Below the pieces are notes generated by a model. That model was given only the letters and a program-made list of their open reading frames with translations. It was not told the origin of the DNA and ran no database searches. A stretch of 64,000 bases of DNA from an uncultured Clostridia bacterium (GTDB lineage: Bacteria > Bacillota > Clostridia > TANB77 > CAG-465): assembly GCA_947631415.1 (NCBI GenBank), contig CANRLG010000004.1:332-64331 (forward strand), given 5' to 3'. Numbering within the stretch: position 1 is the first letter of the stretch; the number at the start of each line of letters is the position of its first letter. This document shows, in pieces, positions 1 through 10,422 of this stretch. Position numbers and translations under genes: made by a program.

Positions 1-152
1 TAGTAAGACTTGCCGTATTCCTAGCGTTATAAAGGGCACATATGTTGGTATGTTGTATATTAAGGTGGTTATTATTTTGTATATATTATATTTAGTGAGA
101 ATATAATCGTACATTCCTTATATACAGGTATGTGCGATTTTTTTTAATTATT
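1..152 (+). promoter_or_regulatory. 3' part of the ileS leader: T-box-like element plus intrinsic terminator/attenuator
   Basis: AAGGTGGT at 62-69 resembles the T-box core (GGUGGU). A hairpin pairs atcgtacat (106-114) with atgtgcgat (130-138), followed by a T-run at 139-145, just upstream of the ileS RBS. The 5' part of the leader, including the specifier, is off-window. The T-box motif is degenerate. Confidence 0.45.
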
Positions 153-170
153 ATTTAGGAAAGGAGAAGA

Positions 171-3100
171 ATGATGTATAAAAAAGTAGAACTAAAAGAA
201 GATGGTTTCGTTGGAATGGAACGTGATGTATCACAAGTATGGAAACAAAAAGATATTATCCAGAAAAATTTTGATATGAATAAAGGAAAAAGATATTTTA
301 CCTTTTATGATGGACCACCAACAGCAAATGGTATGCCACATGCAGGACATATCATTACAAGAGTTATGAAAGATATCATACCACGATATAAGGTAATGCA
401 AGGATATCAAGTTATAAGAAAAGCAGGATGGGATACACATGGACTTCCTGTTGAACTTGAAATTGAGAAAAAACTTGGAATTTCTGGTAAAGAGCAAATT
501 GAAGAATTTGGCGTTGAACCTTTCATAAAAGAATGTAAAGAAAGCGTATTTAAGTATGTTCATATTTGGGAAGAAATGACAAATAAAGTAGGATATTGGG
601 TAGATATGGATAACCCATATATTACTTATGATAATAAATATATAGAGTCTGTATGGTGGGCTTTAAAAGAACTTTGGAATAAGAAATTATTATACGAAGG
701 TCATAAAGTAATGCCATATTGTCCAAGATGTGGAACAGCACTTTCATCTCATGAAGTAGCTCAAGGGTATAAAGATGTAAAAGATTTAACTTGTATAGCT
801 AAATTTAAAGTAGTAGATGAAGATAAGTACATTTTAGCATGGACAACAACTCCTTGGACATTACCATCTAACTTAGCACTTTGTGTAAATAAAGCATATA
901 CTTACGCAGAATATAAAGTTAATGTTGGAACAGAAGAAGAACCAAAATATGAAAATTATATAATGGCTAAAAAATTAGCACCTTCAGTATTAAAAGATAT
1001 GTCTTATGAACTTGTTTCAGAATTCAAAGGAGAAGAATTACTTGGAACTAAATATGAGCCTTTAATGCCATTTGCAAAAAATGTTGAAGGTAAAGCTTTT
1101 GTAGTAATTCATGGAGATTATGTAACACTTACTGATGGTACAGGAATAGTTCATATTGCACCTGCTTATGGTGAAGATGATAGTTTAGTATGTAAACAAA
1201 ATGATATTGCATTCGTAAACTTAGTAGATAAAAATGGTAATTTTATGGATGAAGTAGAACCATGGAAAGGTAGATTTGTTAGAGATTGTAACGAAGATAT
1301 TTGCCAATGGTTAAAGGAACAAAATAAACTATTTTCTAAAGCAAAAATGGAGCACTCATATCCACATTGTTGGAGATGTGATACACCACTTTTATACTAT
1401 CCAAAAGAGTCATGGTTTGTTGCAATGAGTAAATTACGTAGTGAACTTGTTGCAAATAATGACAAAGTTAATTGGTATCCTGAAACAATTAAAAAAGGTA
1501 GATTTGGAAACTTCCTTGAAAATGTAATTGACTGGGGAATTTCTAGAGATAGATATTGGGGAACTCCACTTCCAATTTGGACTTGTGAAAATGAAGAATG
1601 TGGTTGTCAAGAATGTATAGGTTCAATTGCAGAACTTAAAGAAAAAGGAATAGATGTTCCAGAAGATATAGAACTTCATAAACCATATATTGATGATGTT
1701 TATTTAAAATGTCCAAAATGTGGTTCAAAAATGAAAAGAGCAAAAGAAGTTATTGACTGTTGGTTTGATTCTGGTTCAATGCCTTTTGCACAATGGCATT
1801 ATCCATTTGAGAATAAAGAGATGTTTGATAACAACTTCCCAGCTCAATTTATATCTGAAGCAATAGACCAAACAAGAGGATGGTTCTATACATTAACTGC
1901 ATTAGGAACAGCATTATTTAATAAAACACCTTTTGAAAACTGTATAGTTTTAGGACACGTTCTTGATGGAAAAGGACAAAAAATGTCTAAGTCTAAAAAG
2001 AATGGTGTAGACCCTCTTGTACTTTTAGATACAGTTGGAGCAGATGCAACTCGTTGGTACTTCTATACAGGAAGTATGCCATGGTTATCTTCAAGACTTT
2101 CTATTGAAAATGTACAAGAATCACAAAGAGGATTTTTATCTACATTATGGAATGTATATTCATTCTATGTACTATATGCAGAAATAGATAAATTTAATCC
2201 AACAGAATATAAGGATTTCAAATCTGAAAATGTAATGGATAGATGGATTATTTCAAAATTAAATACTCTTGTAAAAGAAGTAGCAGATAAATTAGACCAT
2301 TATGATATTACAGGTGCTGGTATTTCAATAGAGGAATTTACAGATGAGCTATCTAACTGGTATGTAAGAAGAAATAGAGAAAGATATTGGGCTCAAGAAA
2401 TGACACAAGATAAGATAGGTGCTTATGTAACATTATATAGAGTTTTAACAACTTTAGTTAAAGTTGCTGCTCCATTTGTACCATTCATAACAGAAGAAAT
2501 TTATCAAAATCTTGTATGTAATTTAGATAAAGAAGCACCAGAAAGTGTTCATCTATGTTATTGGCCAGAAGTAAATGAAGAAGAAATTGACACTAATTTA
2601 GAGAAAGAAATGGGTCTTGCATATAAGATAGTTAAACTTGGAAGAAGTGCAAGAAATGCAGAAAACATTAAGAATAGACAACCATTATCTGAAATGTTAA
2701 TTTCTGTAGATACATTACCTGAATACTATGGAAATATAGTAAAAGAGGAATTAAATGTTAAGAAAGTTGTACTAGGTGCTGAAATGTCAGACTATGTAAA
2801 CTTTGAGATAAAACCAAATCTTCCAGTTCTTGGAAAAGAATATGGTAAATTAATTCCAAAGATTAAAGAAGAAATTGCAAAGAGAAATCAAATGGATCTT
2901 GCAAATACTGTAAAGAGTGGAAAAGTAGAAGCAATAATGATTGATGATGTTGAAATCGACTTGGATGCAAATAATTTACTTGTTACAATGCAAGGAAAAG
3001 AAGGTTTTGCTTTTGCAGGTGAAGGTGAAATTGGTGTAGTATTAGATACTAAGATAACTCCTGAACTAAAAGAAGAAGGAGATGTTAGAGAAATTCTATC

Positions 3101-3335
3101 TAAAGTACAAAATCTAAGAAAAGATAAAGGATTTGAAGTTACAGATAAGATAGTATTATATGTTAATGGAAATGAAATTATAGAAAATCTTTGCAAAAAG
3201 TTTGAAGATAAAATTAAAGTTGAAACTTTAGCAAAAGAAGTTAGATATAATGTTACTAGAAATACATATACAGAAGTATCTATAAATGGTAAAAATGTTA
3301 ATATTGATGCTGAAATCGTAAAAGATTTAGTATAA
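171..3335 (+). CDS. ileS: Isoleucine--tRNA ligase, type 2 (long form)
   Basis: 1054 aa. It has [16 protein letters not shown] (HIGH-type motif), KMSKSKKNG (KMSKS motif) and an editing-domain insertion. RBS aaggag lies upstream. Confidence 0.97.
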   Translation: MMYKKVELKEDGFVGMERDVSQVWKQKDIIQKNFDMNKGKRYFTFYDGPPTANGMPHAGHIITRVMKDIIPRYKVMQGYQVIRKAGWDTHGLPVELEIEKKLGISGKEQIEEFGVEPFIKECKESVFKYVHIWEEMTNKVGYWVDMDNPYITYDNKYIESVWWALKELWNKKLLYEGHKVMPYCPRCGTALSSHEVAQGYKDVKDLTCIAKFKVVDEDKYILAWTTTPWTLPSNLALCVNKAYTYAEYKVNVGTEEEPKYENYIMAKKLAPSVLKDMSYELVSEFKGEELLGTKYEPLMPFAKNVEGKAFVVIHGDYVTLTDGTGIVHIAPAYGEDDSLVCKQNDIAFVNLVDKNGNFMDEVEPWKGRFVRDCNEDICQWLKEQNKLFSKAKMEHSYPHCWRCDTPLLYYPKESWFVAMSKLRSELVANNDKVNWYPETIKKGRFGNFLENVIDWGISRDRYWGTPLPIWTCENEECGCQECIGSIAELKEKGIDVPEDIELHKPYIDDVYLKCPKCGSKMKRAKEVIDCWFDSGSMPFAQWHYPFENKEMFDNNFPAQFISEAIDQTRGWFYTLTALGTALFNKTPFENCIVLGHVLDGKGQKMSKSKKNGVDPLVLLDTVGADATRWYFYTGSMPWLSSRLSIENVQESQRGFLSTLWNVYSFYVLYAEIDKFNPTEYKDFKSENVMDRWIISKLNTLVKEVADKLDHYDITGAGISIEEFTDELSNWYVRRNRERYWAQEMTQDKIGAYVTLYRVLTTLVKVAAPFVPFITEEIYQNLVCNLDKEAPESVHLCYWPEVNEEEIDTNLEKEMGLAYKIVKLGRSARNAENIKNRQPLSEMLISVDTLPEYYGNIVKEELNVKKVVLGAEMSDYVNFEIKPNLPVLGKEYGKLIPKIKEEIAKRNQMDLANTVKSGKVEAIMIDDVEIDLDANNLLVTMQGKEGFAFAGEGEIGVVLDTKITPELKEEGDVREILSKVQNLRKDKGFEVTDKIVLYVNGNEIIENLCKKFEDKIKVETLAKEVRYNVTRNTYTEVSINGKNVNIDAEIVKDLV

Positions 3336-3344
3336 TGCTAAAAG

Positions 3345-3375
3345 GTACGGGTAAATTATTACTCGTACTTTTTTT
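3345..3375 (+). terminator. Intrinsic terminator after ileS
   Basis: gtacgggtaa (3345-3354) pairs with ttactcgtac (3359-3368) with one G-U pair, followed by a T-run at 3369-3375. Confidence 0.7.
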
Positions 3376-3432
3376 CTATATAGTATACTTTTTTTAAAAT
3401 ATATGCTACAATAAAAATGGAGGATATGATAT

Positions 3433-3699
3433 ATGAATAATAAAAAGAAAATTATATGCATTGGAGCAGTAGTTTTAGCTATAATAGTAGCAATTATTGT
3501 AATATCACTTGTACTTGTGTATACAAGAAAACCAAAAGATGAAGTAGACATACAAGACAAACTACCAGATATAACACTTGAAAATGGTGTAGGAATTGAT
3601 GTAGATATAGATGAAGAAGAAAATACTACAACAGATGAACCAAGTAATAGCTCATCAACAGTAGTTGCACTAGATGATGAGTTTTTGAGTCAATATTAA
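3433..3699 (+). CDS. Hypothetical small membrane-anchored protein with an acidic C-terminus
   Basis: RBS ggagga precedes the ATG. There is one N-terminal TM segment (IICIGAVVLAIIVAIIVISLVLV). I recognise no family. Confidence 0.55.
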   Translation: MNNKKKIICIGAVVLAIIVAIIVISLVLVYTRKPKDEVDIQDKLPDITLENGVGIDVDIDEEENTTTDEPSNSSSTVVALDDEFLSQY

Positions 3700-3716
3700 T
3701 TTAGGAGGAAATAAGT

Positions 3717-4421
3717 ATGAAAAAGCATATTTCAACATTTGTATTGATATTAGTTATAGCAGGACTTTTAGTAGGTCTTGTTTATACAGGAAAAGCATTA
3801 ATAAGTAAAGATAAAGAAATTGCTGTTTTAAATCAGCAAAATATAGACTTGAATAAATCAGTAGAGGACTTAAATAAGAAAATAGAAGAATTACAAGATG
3901 AAAAGGCGGAAAATGAAAAAACTGAGGAGAATACTGTAGTTCAAATAGGCAGTATGCCAATATTAGATGTTGAAAAAGTTACAAATAAAAAAGAGGGTAC
4001 AACTCTTACAGAAAATATTTATGATAACAATGGAATAGTAAGCATTAGTGTAGATAATGATACTAAATCATTAAGTATTTCTCTTGATGCTGGAATTGCT
4101 AGACAAATATATGGATATAATGGAGAAAATGATGTTCATACTATTGCTGCGTTAAGTGAAAAAATATTAGATGTTAAAATATTAAACTCTGGAAAAGGAG
4201 CAAATGACTTAAAACTTGTAATTCTTACAGAAAGTGGTAAAGTAAAGTATGTAGATGTAGCAAATATTTTAGATAAAAGTTATACAATTAAGTCTGTTGA
4301 TACTATTGAAAATGTTGTAAGAATTACTGGTGTTTCAGTAGTAGATAGTGAAAGTGGAGATGTTACTTATGCAGTTGTTGGAATTAAAGCAGATAGTACA
4401 GCTCAAATAGTAGAGTTTTAA
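3717..4421 (+). CDS. Hypothetical membrane-anchored coiled-coil protein
   Basis: RBS aggagga. An N-terminal TM segment is followed by a coiled-coil stretch (DLNKSVEDLNKKIEELQDEKAENEK). Confidence 0.6.
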   Translation: MKKHISTFVLILVIAGLLVGLVYTGKALISKDKEIAVLNQQNIDLNKSVEDLNKKIEELQDEKAENEKTEENTVVQIGSMPILDVEKVTNKKEGTTLTENIYDNNGIVSISVDNDTKSLSISLDAGIARQIYGYNGENDVHTIAALSEKILDVKILNSGKGANDLKLVILTESGKVKYVDVANILDKSYTIKSVDTIENVVRITGVSVVDSESGDVTYAVVGIKADSTAQIVEF

Positions 4422-4530
4422 AGAAAAAAATATAAAATATTATGAGTAGTAGGCACTAAAACTGTCTACTATTTTTTTTTCCTAATTCACTTCAAATATG
4501 TCAAGTTCATACAATATTACAGGTGATGTT

Positions 4531-5679
4531 ATGAAAAAAATTATATATGTAGATAATAGTTCTACAACCAAATTATCTGAGAGAGCATATATGAAGATGT
4601 TACCATATTTAAGGGAAAATTATGGAAATGCCTCAACTACATATAGTTTAGGAAAAAAATCCAAAGAGGCAATAGAGGATGCAAGAGAGAGTATAGCAAG
4701 ATGTCTAAATGTTAGTAGTGATGAGATATATTTTGTATCATCTGGTACAGAGGCAGATAATCTAGCTATAAGAGGAATTGCACATAAATATAAGGATAAA
4801 GGAAAACATATTATAACTTCAAAATTTGAACATTCTGCAATACTTAATACTTGTAAAAAACTAGAGGAAGAAGGATTTGAAATAACATATATAGATGTGG
4901 AAGAAAATGGTATTATAGACACAAAAAAGATTAAAGAGGCAATAAGAAAAGACACAATACTAATATCTATAATGTATGTAAATAATGAAATAGGTACAAT
5001 TCAAAAAATTGATGAAATAGCTAAAATTGCAAAGGAGCATAATATTATATTTCATACTGATGCTGTTCAAGCTGTATCTCACATAAGAATAGATGCTTCA
5101 AATTATGACTGTTTAAGTTTATCTGCACATAAATTTAATGGACCTAAAGGAATAGGTGCTATATATGTAAGAAAGAATATAGAATTTGAACCAATACTTT
5201 TTGGAGGACATCAGGAAAAAGGGTTAAGACCTAGTACAGAAAATGTTGCAGGTATTGTAGCAATGGCAGAAGCACTTAATGAAACAGAGGAAAATATAGA
5301 TAATTGGAATATTTATGAAAGAAAATTAAGAGATTATCTATTAAATAACATACTTTGTCAAATAGAAGGTGTAACAATTAATGGAGATATGGAAAATAGA
5401 ATATGTAGTAATATAAATATATCAATAGAGGATATAGATACTAGTGATTTAATGGTGTTTTTAGATATGGAAGGAATATGTGCATCTACTGCAAGTGCTT
5501 GCAATAGTGGACATGATAGTATTACTCATGTTATGAAAGCTATAGGTCATAATACTACTTCTTTAAGAATTACTATTTCAAAAGATAATACTTTTGATGA
5601 AATGGATACTATAGTAAAAACTATAAAAAATGGAGTAGAAATAATAAAAAGAAAAAACAAAAATATTACAAAAAAATAA
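4531..5679 (+). CDS. Cysteine desulfurase (NifS/IscS-like class V aminotransferase)
   Basis: SAHKFNGPKG (PLP-lysine motif), HTDAVQA, and the active-site Cys region STASACNSG. I chose the ATG at 4531 because it follows SD aggtga. The ORF track starts at 4498. Confidence 0.85.
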   Translation: MKKIIYVDNSSTTKLSERAYMKMLPYLRENYGNASTTYSLGKKSKEAIEDARESIARCLNVSSDEIYFVSSGTEADNLAIRGIAHKYKDKGKHIITSKFEHSAILNTCKKLEEEGFEITYIDVEENGIIDTKKIKEAIRKDTILISIMYVNNEIGTIQKIDEIAKIAKEHNIIFHTDAVQAVSHIRIDASNYDCLSLSAHKFNGPKGIGAIYVRKNIEFEPILFGGHQEKGLRPSTENVAGIVAMAEALNETEENIDNWNIYERKLRDYLLNNILCQIEGVTINGDMENRICSNINISIEDIDTSDLMVFLDMEGICASTASACNSGHDSITHVMKAIGHNTTSLRITISKDNTFDEMDTIVKTIKNGVEIIKRKNKNITKK

Positions 5680-5980
5680 CAAATGAAAATATAAATAAAA
5701 AATATTAAAAAAATTTAAAAGAAAAAAATAAAATAATTTTTTCTTTAACTATTTCATAATTATTTCTCAACTACTACAAAAATATGTTAACTAAAATTAA
5801 AGTAAAAATCTAAATTACTTTTAAAAGTTTAAAAGAAAAGACACAGAAGATAGTTAAGATGTCATAAAATAATTGTTAGATTTATGACTAATTAAGTAAA
5901 CCAACAATATTAAAAAATGCCTATTTTAGAACATTTTTTTTGATTTTTTGAAAACAAAAGTATTGATTTTTCCTTTTTTT

Positions 5981-6030
5981 TATAATAGAATTAGTGTGAA
6001 GTGGTGCAAAGTGGTACGTAGTGGAAGAGA
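5981..6030 (+). promoter_or_regulatory. -10 box of the dcw promoter plus an MraZ operator-like triple direct repeat
   Basis: TATAAT at 5981-5986. GTGG(T/A) occurs at 6001, 6011 and 6021, exactly 10 bp apart, immediately upstream of mraZ. I found no convincing -35. Confidence 0.6.
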
Positions 6031-6042
6031 GGTGTAGAAAAA

Positions 6043-6474
6043 ATGCTAGTAGGTGAATATAGACATAACGTAGATACTAAAGGCAGAGTAAGTGTTCCTT
6101 CTAAGTTTAGAGAAGATTTAGGTCAAGCATTTGTAATCACAAAAGGTCTAGATAGCTGCCTATTTGCATATTCAAAGCAGGAATGGAAGAATTTTGAAGA
6201 TAAACTTAATACACTTCCAATTACTAATCATGAGGCACGTGCCTTTAAGAGATTTTTCTTTTCAGGAGCAGCTGAGTGTGAAGTAGATAAACAAGGTAGA
6301 GTTAATATACCACAACAATTAAGAGATTATGCAGGAATTCAAAAAGATGTCGTTATAGTTGGACTTTCAAATAGAGCTGAAATTTGGAACAATGAGAATT
6401 GGGATAAATATAATGGCGAAAGTTCAGCAGATATAAGTTCTTTAGAGTCTCAAATGTCAAAGCTTGGCATTTAA
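6043..6474 (+). CDS. mraZ: Transcriptional regulator MraZ
   Basis: 143 aa. It has two SpoVT/AbrB-like repeats (DTKGRVSVPSKFR and DKQGRVNIPQQLR) and is the first gene of the dcw cluster. Confidence 0.95.
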   Translation: MLVGEYRHNVDTKGRVSVPSKFREDLGQAFVITKGLDSCLFAYSKQEWKNFEDKLNTLPITNHEARAFKRFFFSGAAECEVDKQGRVNIPQQLRDYAGIQKDVVIVGLSNRAEIWNNENWDKYNGESSADISSLESQMSKLGI

Positions 6475-6558
6475 GATATATAAACAAAAGATTAAATTAT
6501 TAGTGTACAAAAGATAAAATTTTAAATTTATTAAACGCAATATTAGATGAGGTAAACA

Positions 6559-7497
6559 ATGGAATTTAAACATAAATCAGTATTATTAAATGAATGTATT
6601 GAAAATTTGAATATTAGGCAAAATCATATATATGTTGATGGAACACTTGGTGGTGGAGGACATTCATATCATATATTAAAAAAGCTTAATAACACAGGTA
6701 AACTTATTGGTATTGATAGAGATATGGATGCTATCAATGCTGCAAGTAAAAAACTTAGTGAGTTTTCTAATTTTATACCTGTTCATGACAATCATGCAAA
6801 TATTATAAAGATACTAGAAGAACTTAACATTTCAGGAGTGGATGGAATACTTTTAGATCTAGGAGTGTCTTCATATCAACTAGATGAAGCAGATAGAGGT
6901 TTTAGTTACATGCATGATGCAAAATTAGATATGAGAATGAATAGAGAAGATGAACTATCAGCTTATGAAGTAGTAAACAACTATTCAGAAGATGAACTAT
7001 ATCGTATTTTTGTAGATTATGGAGAAGAAAGGTATTCAAAAAATATCGCTAAGCGAATATGTGAAAAAAGAAAAGAAAAGCCTATTGAAACAACTTTTGA
7101 ATTAGTAGATATTATTAAGTCTGCAGTGCCTTCAAAAGCTTTAAGTGAAAAACAACATCCTGCTAAACGTGTTTTTCAAGCTATCAGAATAGAGGTTAAT
7201 GATGAGCTAGAAAAACTTAAACAGGCTGTTATAGATAGTATTATGTCGTTAAATGATGGAGGAAGGTTAGCTATAATTACTTTCCATTCATTAGAAGATA
7301 AAATTGTAAAACATGCGTATGAACAAATGCAAGGAAGATGTACTTGTCCAAAGGACTTTCCCGTATGTGTATGTGGTTACAAGAGTTATGGAATGATTGT
7401 AAATAAAAAGCCAATTGTTTCATCAGAAGAAGAATTAGAGGTTAATCCAAGAGCAAGAAGTGCTAAGCTTCGTGTTTTTGAAAGAAAAAATAAGTAA
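6559..7497 (+). CDS. rsmH: 16S rRNA (cytosine1402-N4)-methyltransferase RsmH
   Basis: HKSVLLNE, DGTLGGGGHS, GILLDLGVSSYQLD, ITFHSLEDKIVK. Confidence 0.96.
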   Translation: MEFKHKSVLLNECIENLNIRQNHIYVDGTLGGGGHSYHILKKLNNTGKLIGIDRDMDAINAASKKLSEFSNFIPVHDNHANIIKILEELNISGVDGILLDLGVSSYQLDEADRGFSYMHDAKLDMRMNREDELSAYEVVNNYSEDELYRIFVDYGEERYSKNIAKRICEKRKEKPIETTFELVDIIKSAVPSKALSEKQHPAKRVFQAIRIEVNDELEKLKQAVIDSIMSLNDGGRLAIITFHSLEDKIVKHAYEQMQGRCTCPKDFPVCVCGYKSYGMIVNKKPIVSSEEELEVNPRARSAKLRVFERKNK

Positions 7498-7565
7498 ATG
7501 ATGTAGTTTTGATGTAGTAATAAAAGCAGTAGAAATTAAATCGTAGAGAAGAGGTGAAAAGTATA

Positions 7566-8072
7566 ATGCCAGCCAAAAGAGTTAATAGCTCGTATTATGA
7601 GGATGGTTCTACAGCTAGAAAAATATTACCTGAAAAACAGTATACCAAAAAAAGAAAAGTTAATAGTGCGAGTAAAAAAAGAATAAATAAAGAGCAAGAA
7701 TTAAAAAGACAAAAAGCTCAATTTAGAAAACAGGTAAAAATGGTGGCATTTGTACTTGGTGCTTTTTCTATGTCATTAGTCATTACTTATAGGTTTAATA
7801 TAATAAACGAAAAAAATCTAGAAGTTCAAAATTTAATTAGTCAACTTCAGACTGTTTCATCTGAGGTTGCAACTTCACAAATTTTAGTAGACCAAAATAC
7901 AGATTTAGAGAAAATAGAAGCTTATGCAAAACAACAGTTAGGAATGAAGAAAGCAGATAGTAGTCAGACAGTATATGTAGATACTTCAGATACCACAAAT
8001 AAAATACAAGTAAATCAAGAAACTACTATTATAGATAAAGTTATTAGCTTTATTAAAGGATTATTTTTGTAA
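7566..8072 (+). CDS. ftsL: Cell division protein FtsL-like (bitopic, coiled-coil)
   Basis: Its position is between rsmH and the PBP gene. It has a basic N-terminal tail, a single TM segment, and LEKIEAYAKQQLGMKKA, which is typical of FtsL/DivIC. I chose the ATG at 7566 because it follows SD gaggtg. The ORF-track GTG at 7554 lies inside that SD. Confidence 0.75.
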   Translation: MPAKRVNSSYYEDGSTARKILPEKQYTKKRKVNSASKKRINKEQELKRQKAQFRKQVKMVAFVLGAFSMSLVITYRFNIINEKNLEVQNLISQLQTVSSEVATSQILVDQNTDLEKIEAYAKQQLGMKKADSSQTVYVDTSDTTNKIQVNQETTIIDKVISFIKGLFL

Positions 8073-8183
8073 AATTATGAATAACCAAGACAAATTTTAA
8101 GTATTATGTAGTAGGACTTTAGATTTGTTTTGGTTTTTTTTCTTGTATAAAAAAATTAGAATGTAGAAAAGAGGTGAGATTTT

Positions 8184-10364
8184 GTGTCGTTTGTTAATAT
8201 GAGTACAAAAAGAAGAGTTGTTGTAGCAATGGTTGTTTGTTTAATAGCTTTTTTATATTTAACAGGAAGACTTGTATATATTCAAATTGTAAAGTCTGAA
8301 CATTATGCTAATGAGGCCTATGCACAACAAACTAGAAGTAAATCGGTAGAAGCTAAAAGAGGTACTATTTATGACTCAACAGGTGCGAAAATACTAGCAC
8401 AGAGTATATCAACTAATATAGTTACAGCAGTACCAAGTAACATTGAAAAAGATAATAGAGAAACAGTGGCACAAAATATTGCCCAAATTTTAGGATTAGA
8501 AAAAGATGAGGTATTATCTAAATTAAATAAAAATTCATCAAGTGTTACAATAGCTACACAAGTTGACCAAGAAAAAGCAAAGAATTTATTAACTTATATT
8601 TCAGAAAATGAAATTAAGGGGATAAGTGTAGATGAAGATATGTTACGTGTTTATCCGTATGGAACATTACTTTCACATGTTTTAGGTTTTGTTGGAACAG
8701 ATAATCAAGGACTATCAGGAATTGAAGCATATTATGATGATGAACTTTCTGGAAATCCAGGAAAAATAGTTGCAAGTTTTGATGGAAGTGGTAGAGAAAC
8801 ACCATTTACACAAGAACAATATATTGCAGCAGAAGATGGTAAAGATTTAGTCCTTACAGTTGATGCAACAGTACAATCCTTAGTAGAAAAATATTTGGCT
8901 AAGGCAGTTGAAGAAAATATAGCTCAATATGGAAGTATTGTAGTTATGAGACCATCAACAGGTGAAGTGCTTGCAATGGCTAATTATCCAACTTATGACC
9001 CAAATGACCCATTTACACCAAATGATGAAGAAACAAAGCAAATATGGGATACATTAGATTCCACACAAAAAAGAGATTATCTAAATCAAATGTGGAGAAA
9101 TAAAGCTATATCTGATAGCCAAGAACCTGGTTCTACTTTTAAAGTTATAACTGCTACTGCAGCTTTAGAAGAAAATGTAGTAAATTTGGATGATAAATTA
9201 TTCTACTGTTCAGGATATTATAGTGTTGGAGGCTGGGATATAAAATGTTGGAGATATTATAATCCTCATGGTTCAGAATCTTTAAGAGATGGAATTATGA
9301 ATTCTTGTAACCCAGTATTTATGCAAGTTTCAGCAAGAATGGGAATATCTAAATTTATGAAATATATTCATGCATTTAATTTAGACTCAAAAACAGGTAT
9401 AGATTTACCTGGTGAAACTACAGGAATTATGCATAATGAAGCGAATATGTCAGATGTAGATTTAGCAACATCTTCATTTGGTCAAACAATTCAAATAACA
9501 ACATTACAAACAGCAGTAAATTATAGTGCTATTGCAAATGGAGGATATTTAGTTCAACCATATATTGTAAAAGAGATTAAAAACAATGATGGAAATTATG
9601 ATGAACAGATATCTTCAAAAGTAGTAAAACAAATAATGTCAGAACAAACAGCATCACAGATTATGAGTGCTCTTGTTGATACAGTTAATATAGGAACTGC
9701 TAAACCTGGTCAGATAAGAGATTATCAAGTTGCAGGAAAAACTGCAACAGGTGAAAATGGAAGAGGAGAAAACTTAAAATATCTTGCTGGATATGTTGGA
9801 GTAGCTCCTGCAAGTAATCCTGAAATTGTAGTTGTAATGAATTTATTTGATCCTAAAGGACCATCAGGTCATGGAGGTGCATCTCTTTGTGGACCTGTAG
9901 TTGGTTCAATAATAGATGAAACTTTAAAATATATGGATGTTCAACCAGATTATGCAGTAAATGAAACAGAGTCAAATGAAGTGGTAGTTCCAAATTTTGT
10001 AGGTATGACATATTCACAAGCAAAAGAATTAGCACAAAATAGTGGTTTTGGAATTAATACTTCTTCTGAATTTTCAGAGGATACAGTAATAACAAATCAA
10101 GTGCCAAAATATGGAGCTGCACTTACTCCTGGTTCAAATATAATGACTTATAAAGAAGAAGACCAAATACAAAAAACAAATGTCCCTGATGTTAGAAATA
10201 TGTCTGTTGCGGTAGCGACAGCAACATTTAGAAATTTAGGACTAAATGTTAGAGTCGAAGGTAGTGGCTATGTACTAACTCAAGATGTTAGTGCGGGTGA
10301 ACAAATAGATATGGGTTCAATAGTTACAATTAAGTGTATAGATGACTTAAATGGGTTACCATAA
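8184..10364 (+). CDS. Class B penicillin-binding protein (PBP2B/SpoVD-type) with two C-terminal PASTA domains
   Basis: Transpeptidase motifs: SxxK in PGSTFKV, SxN in NSCN, and KTG in AGKTATG. Two PASTA-like repeats lie near the C-terminus. It occupies the usual dcw position. The GTG start is 7 nt after gaggtg. Confidence 0.92.
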   Translation: MSFVNMSTKRRVVVAMVVCLIAFLYLTGRLVYIQIVKSEHYANEAYAQQTRSKSVEAKRGTIYDSTGAKILAQSISTNIVTAVPSNIEKDNRETVAQNIAQILGLEKDEVLSKLNKNSSSVTIATQVDQEKAKNLLTYISENEIKGISVDEDMLRVYPYGTLLSHVLGFVGTDNQGLSGIEAYYDDELSGNPGKIVASFDGSGRETPFTQEQYIAAEDGKDLVLTVDATVQSLVEKYLAKAVEENIAQYGSIVVMRPSTGEVLAMANYPTYDPNDPFTPNDEETKQIWDTLDSTQKRDYLNQMWRNKAISDSQEPGSTFKVITATAALEENVVNLDDKLFYCSGYYSVGGWDIKCWRYYNPHGSESLRDGIMNSCNPVFMQVSARMGISKFMKYIHAFNLDSKTGIDLPGETTGIMHNEANMSDVDLATSSFGQTIQITTLQTAVNYSAIANGGYLVQPYIVKEIKNNDGNYDEQISSKVVKQIMSEQTASQIMSALVDTVNIGTAKPGQIRDYQVAGKTATGENGRGENLKYLAGYVGVAPASNPEIVVVMNLFDPKGPSGHGGASLCGPVVGSIIDETLKYMDVQPDYAVNETESNEVVVPNFVGMTYSQAKELAQNSGFGINTSSEFSEDTVITNQVPKYGAALTPGSNIMTYKEEDQIQKTNVPDVRNMSVAVATATFRNLGLNVRVEGSGYVLTQDVSAGEQIDMGSIVTIKCIDDLNGLP

Positions 10365-10422
10365 TTTATTTGCAAGATGGTAACTCTTATGATATAATAT
10401 AACAAGTGAATGGAGGCTTTAT

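Noticed and set aside
5680-5980. An unusually long (~360 nt including the operator region), extremely AT-rich spacer upstream of mraZ. I checked it for CRISPR-like repeats, small ORFs and riboswitch motifs.
   Set aside because: It has only A/T homopolymer runs and one isolated 8-bp hairpin (gtcataaa/tttatgac, ~5858-5885) with no U-tract. It has no repeat periodicity and no ORF with an SD. It is most simply promoter/UP-element DNA.
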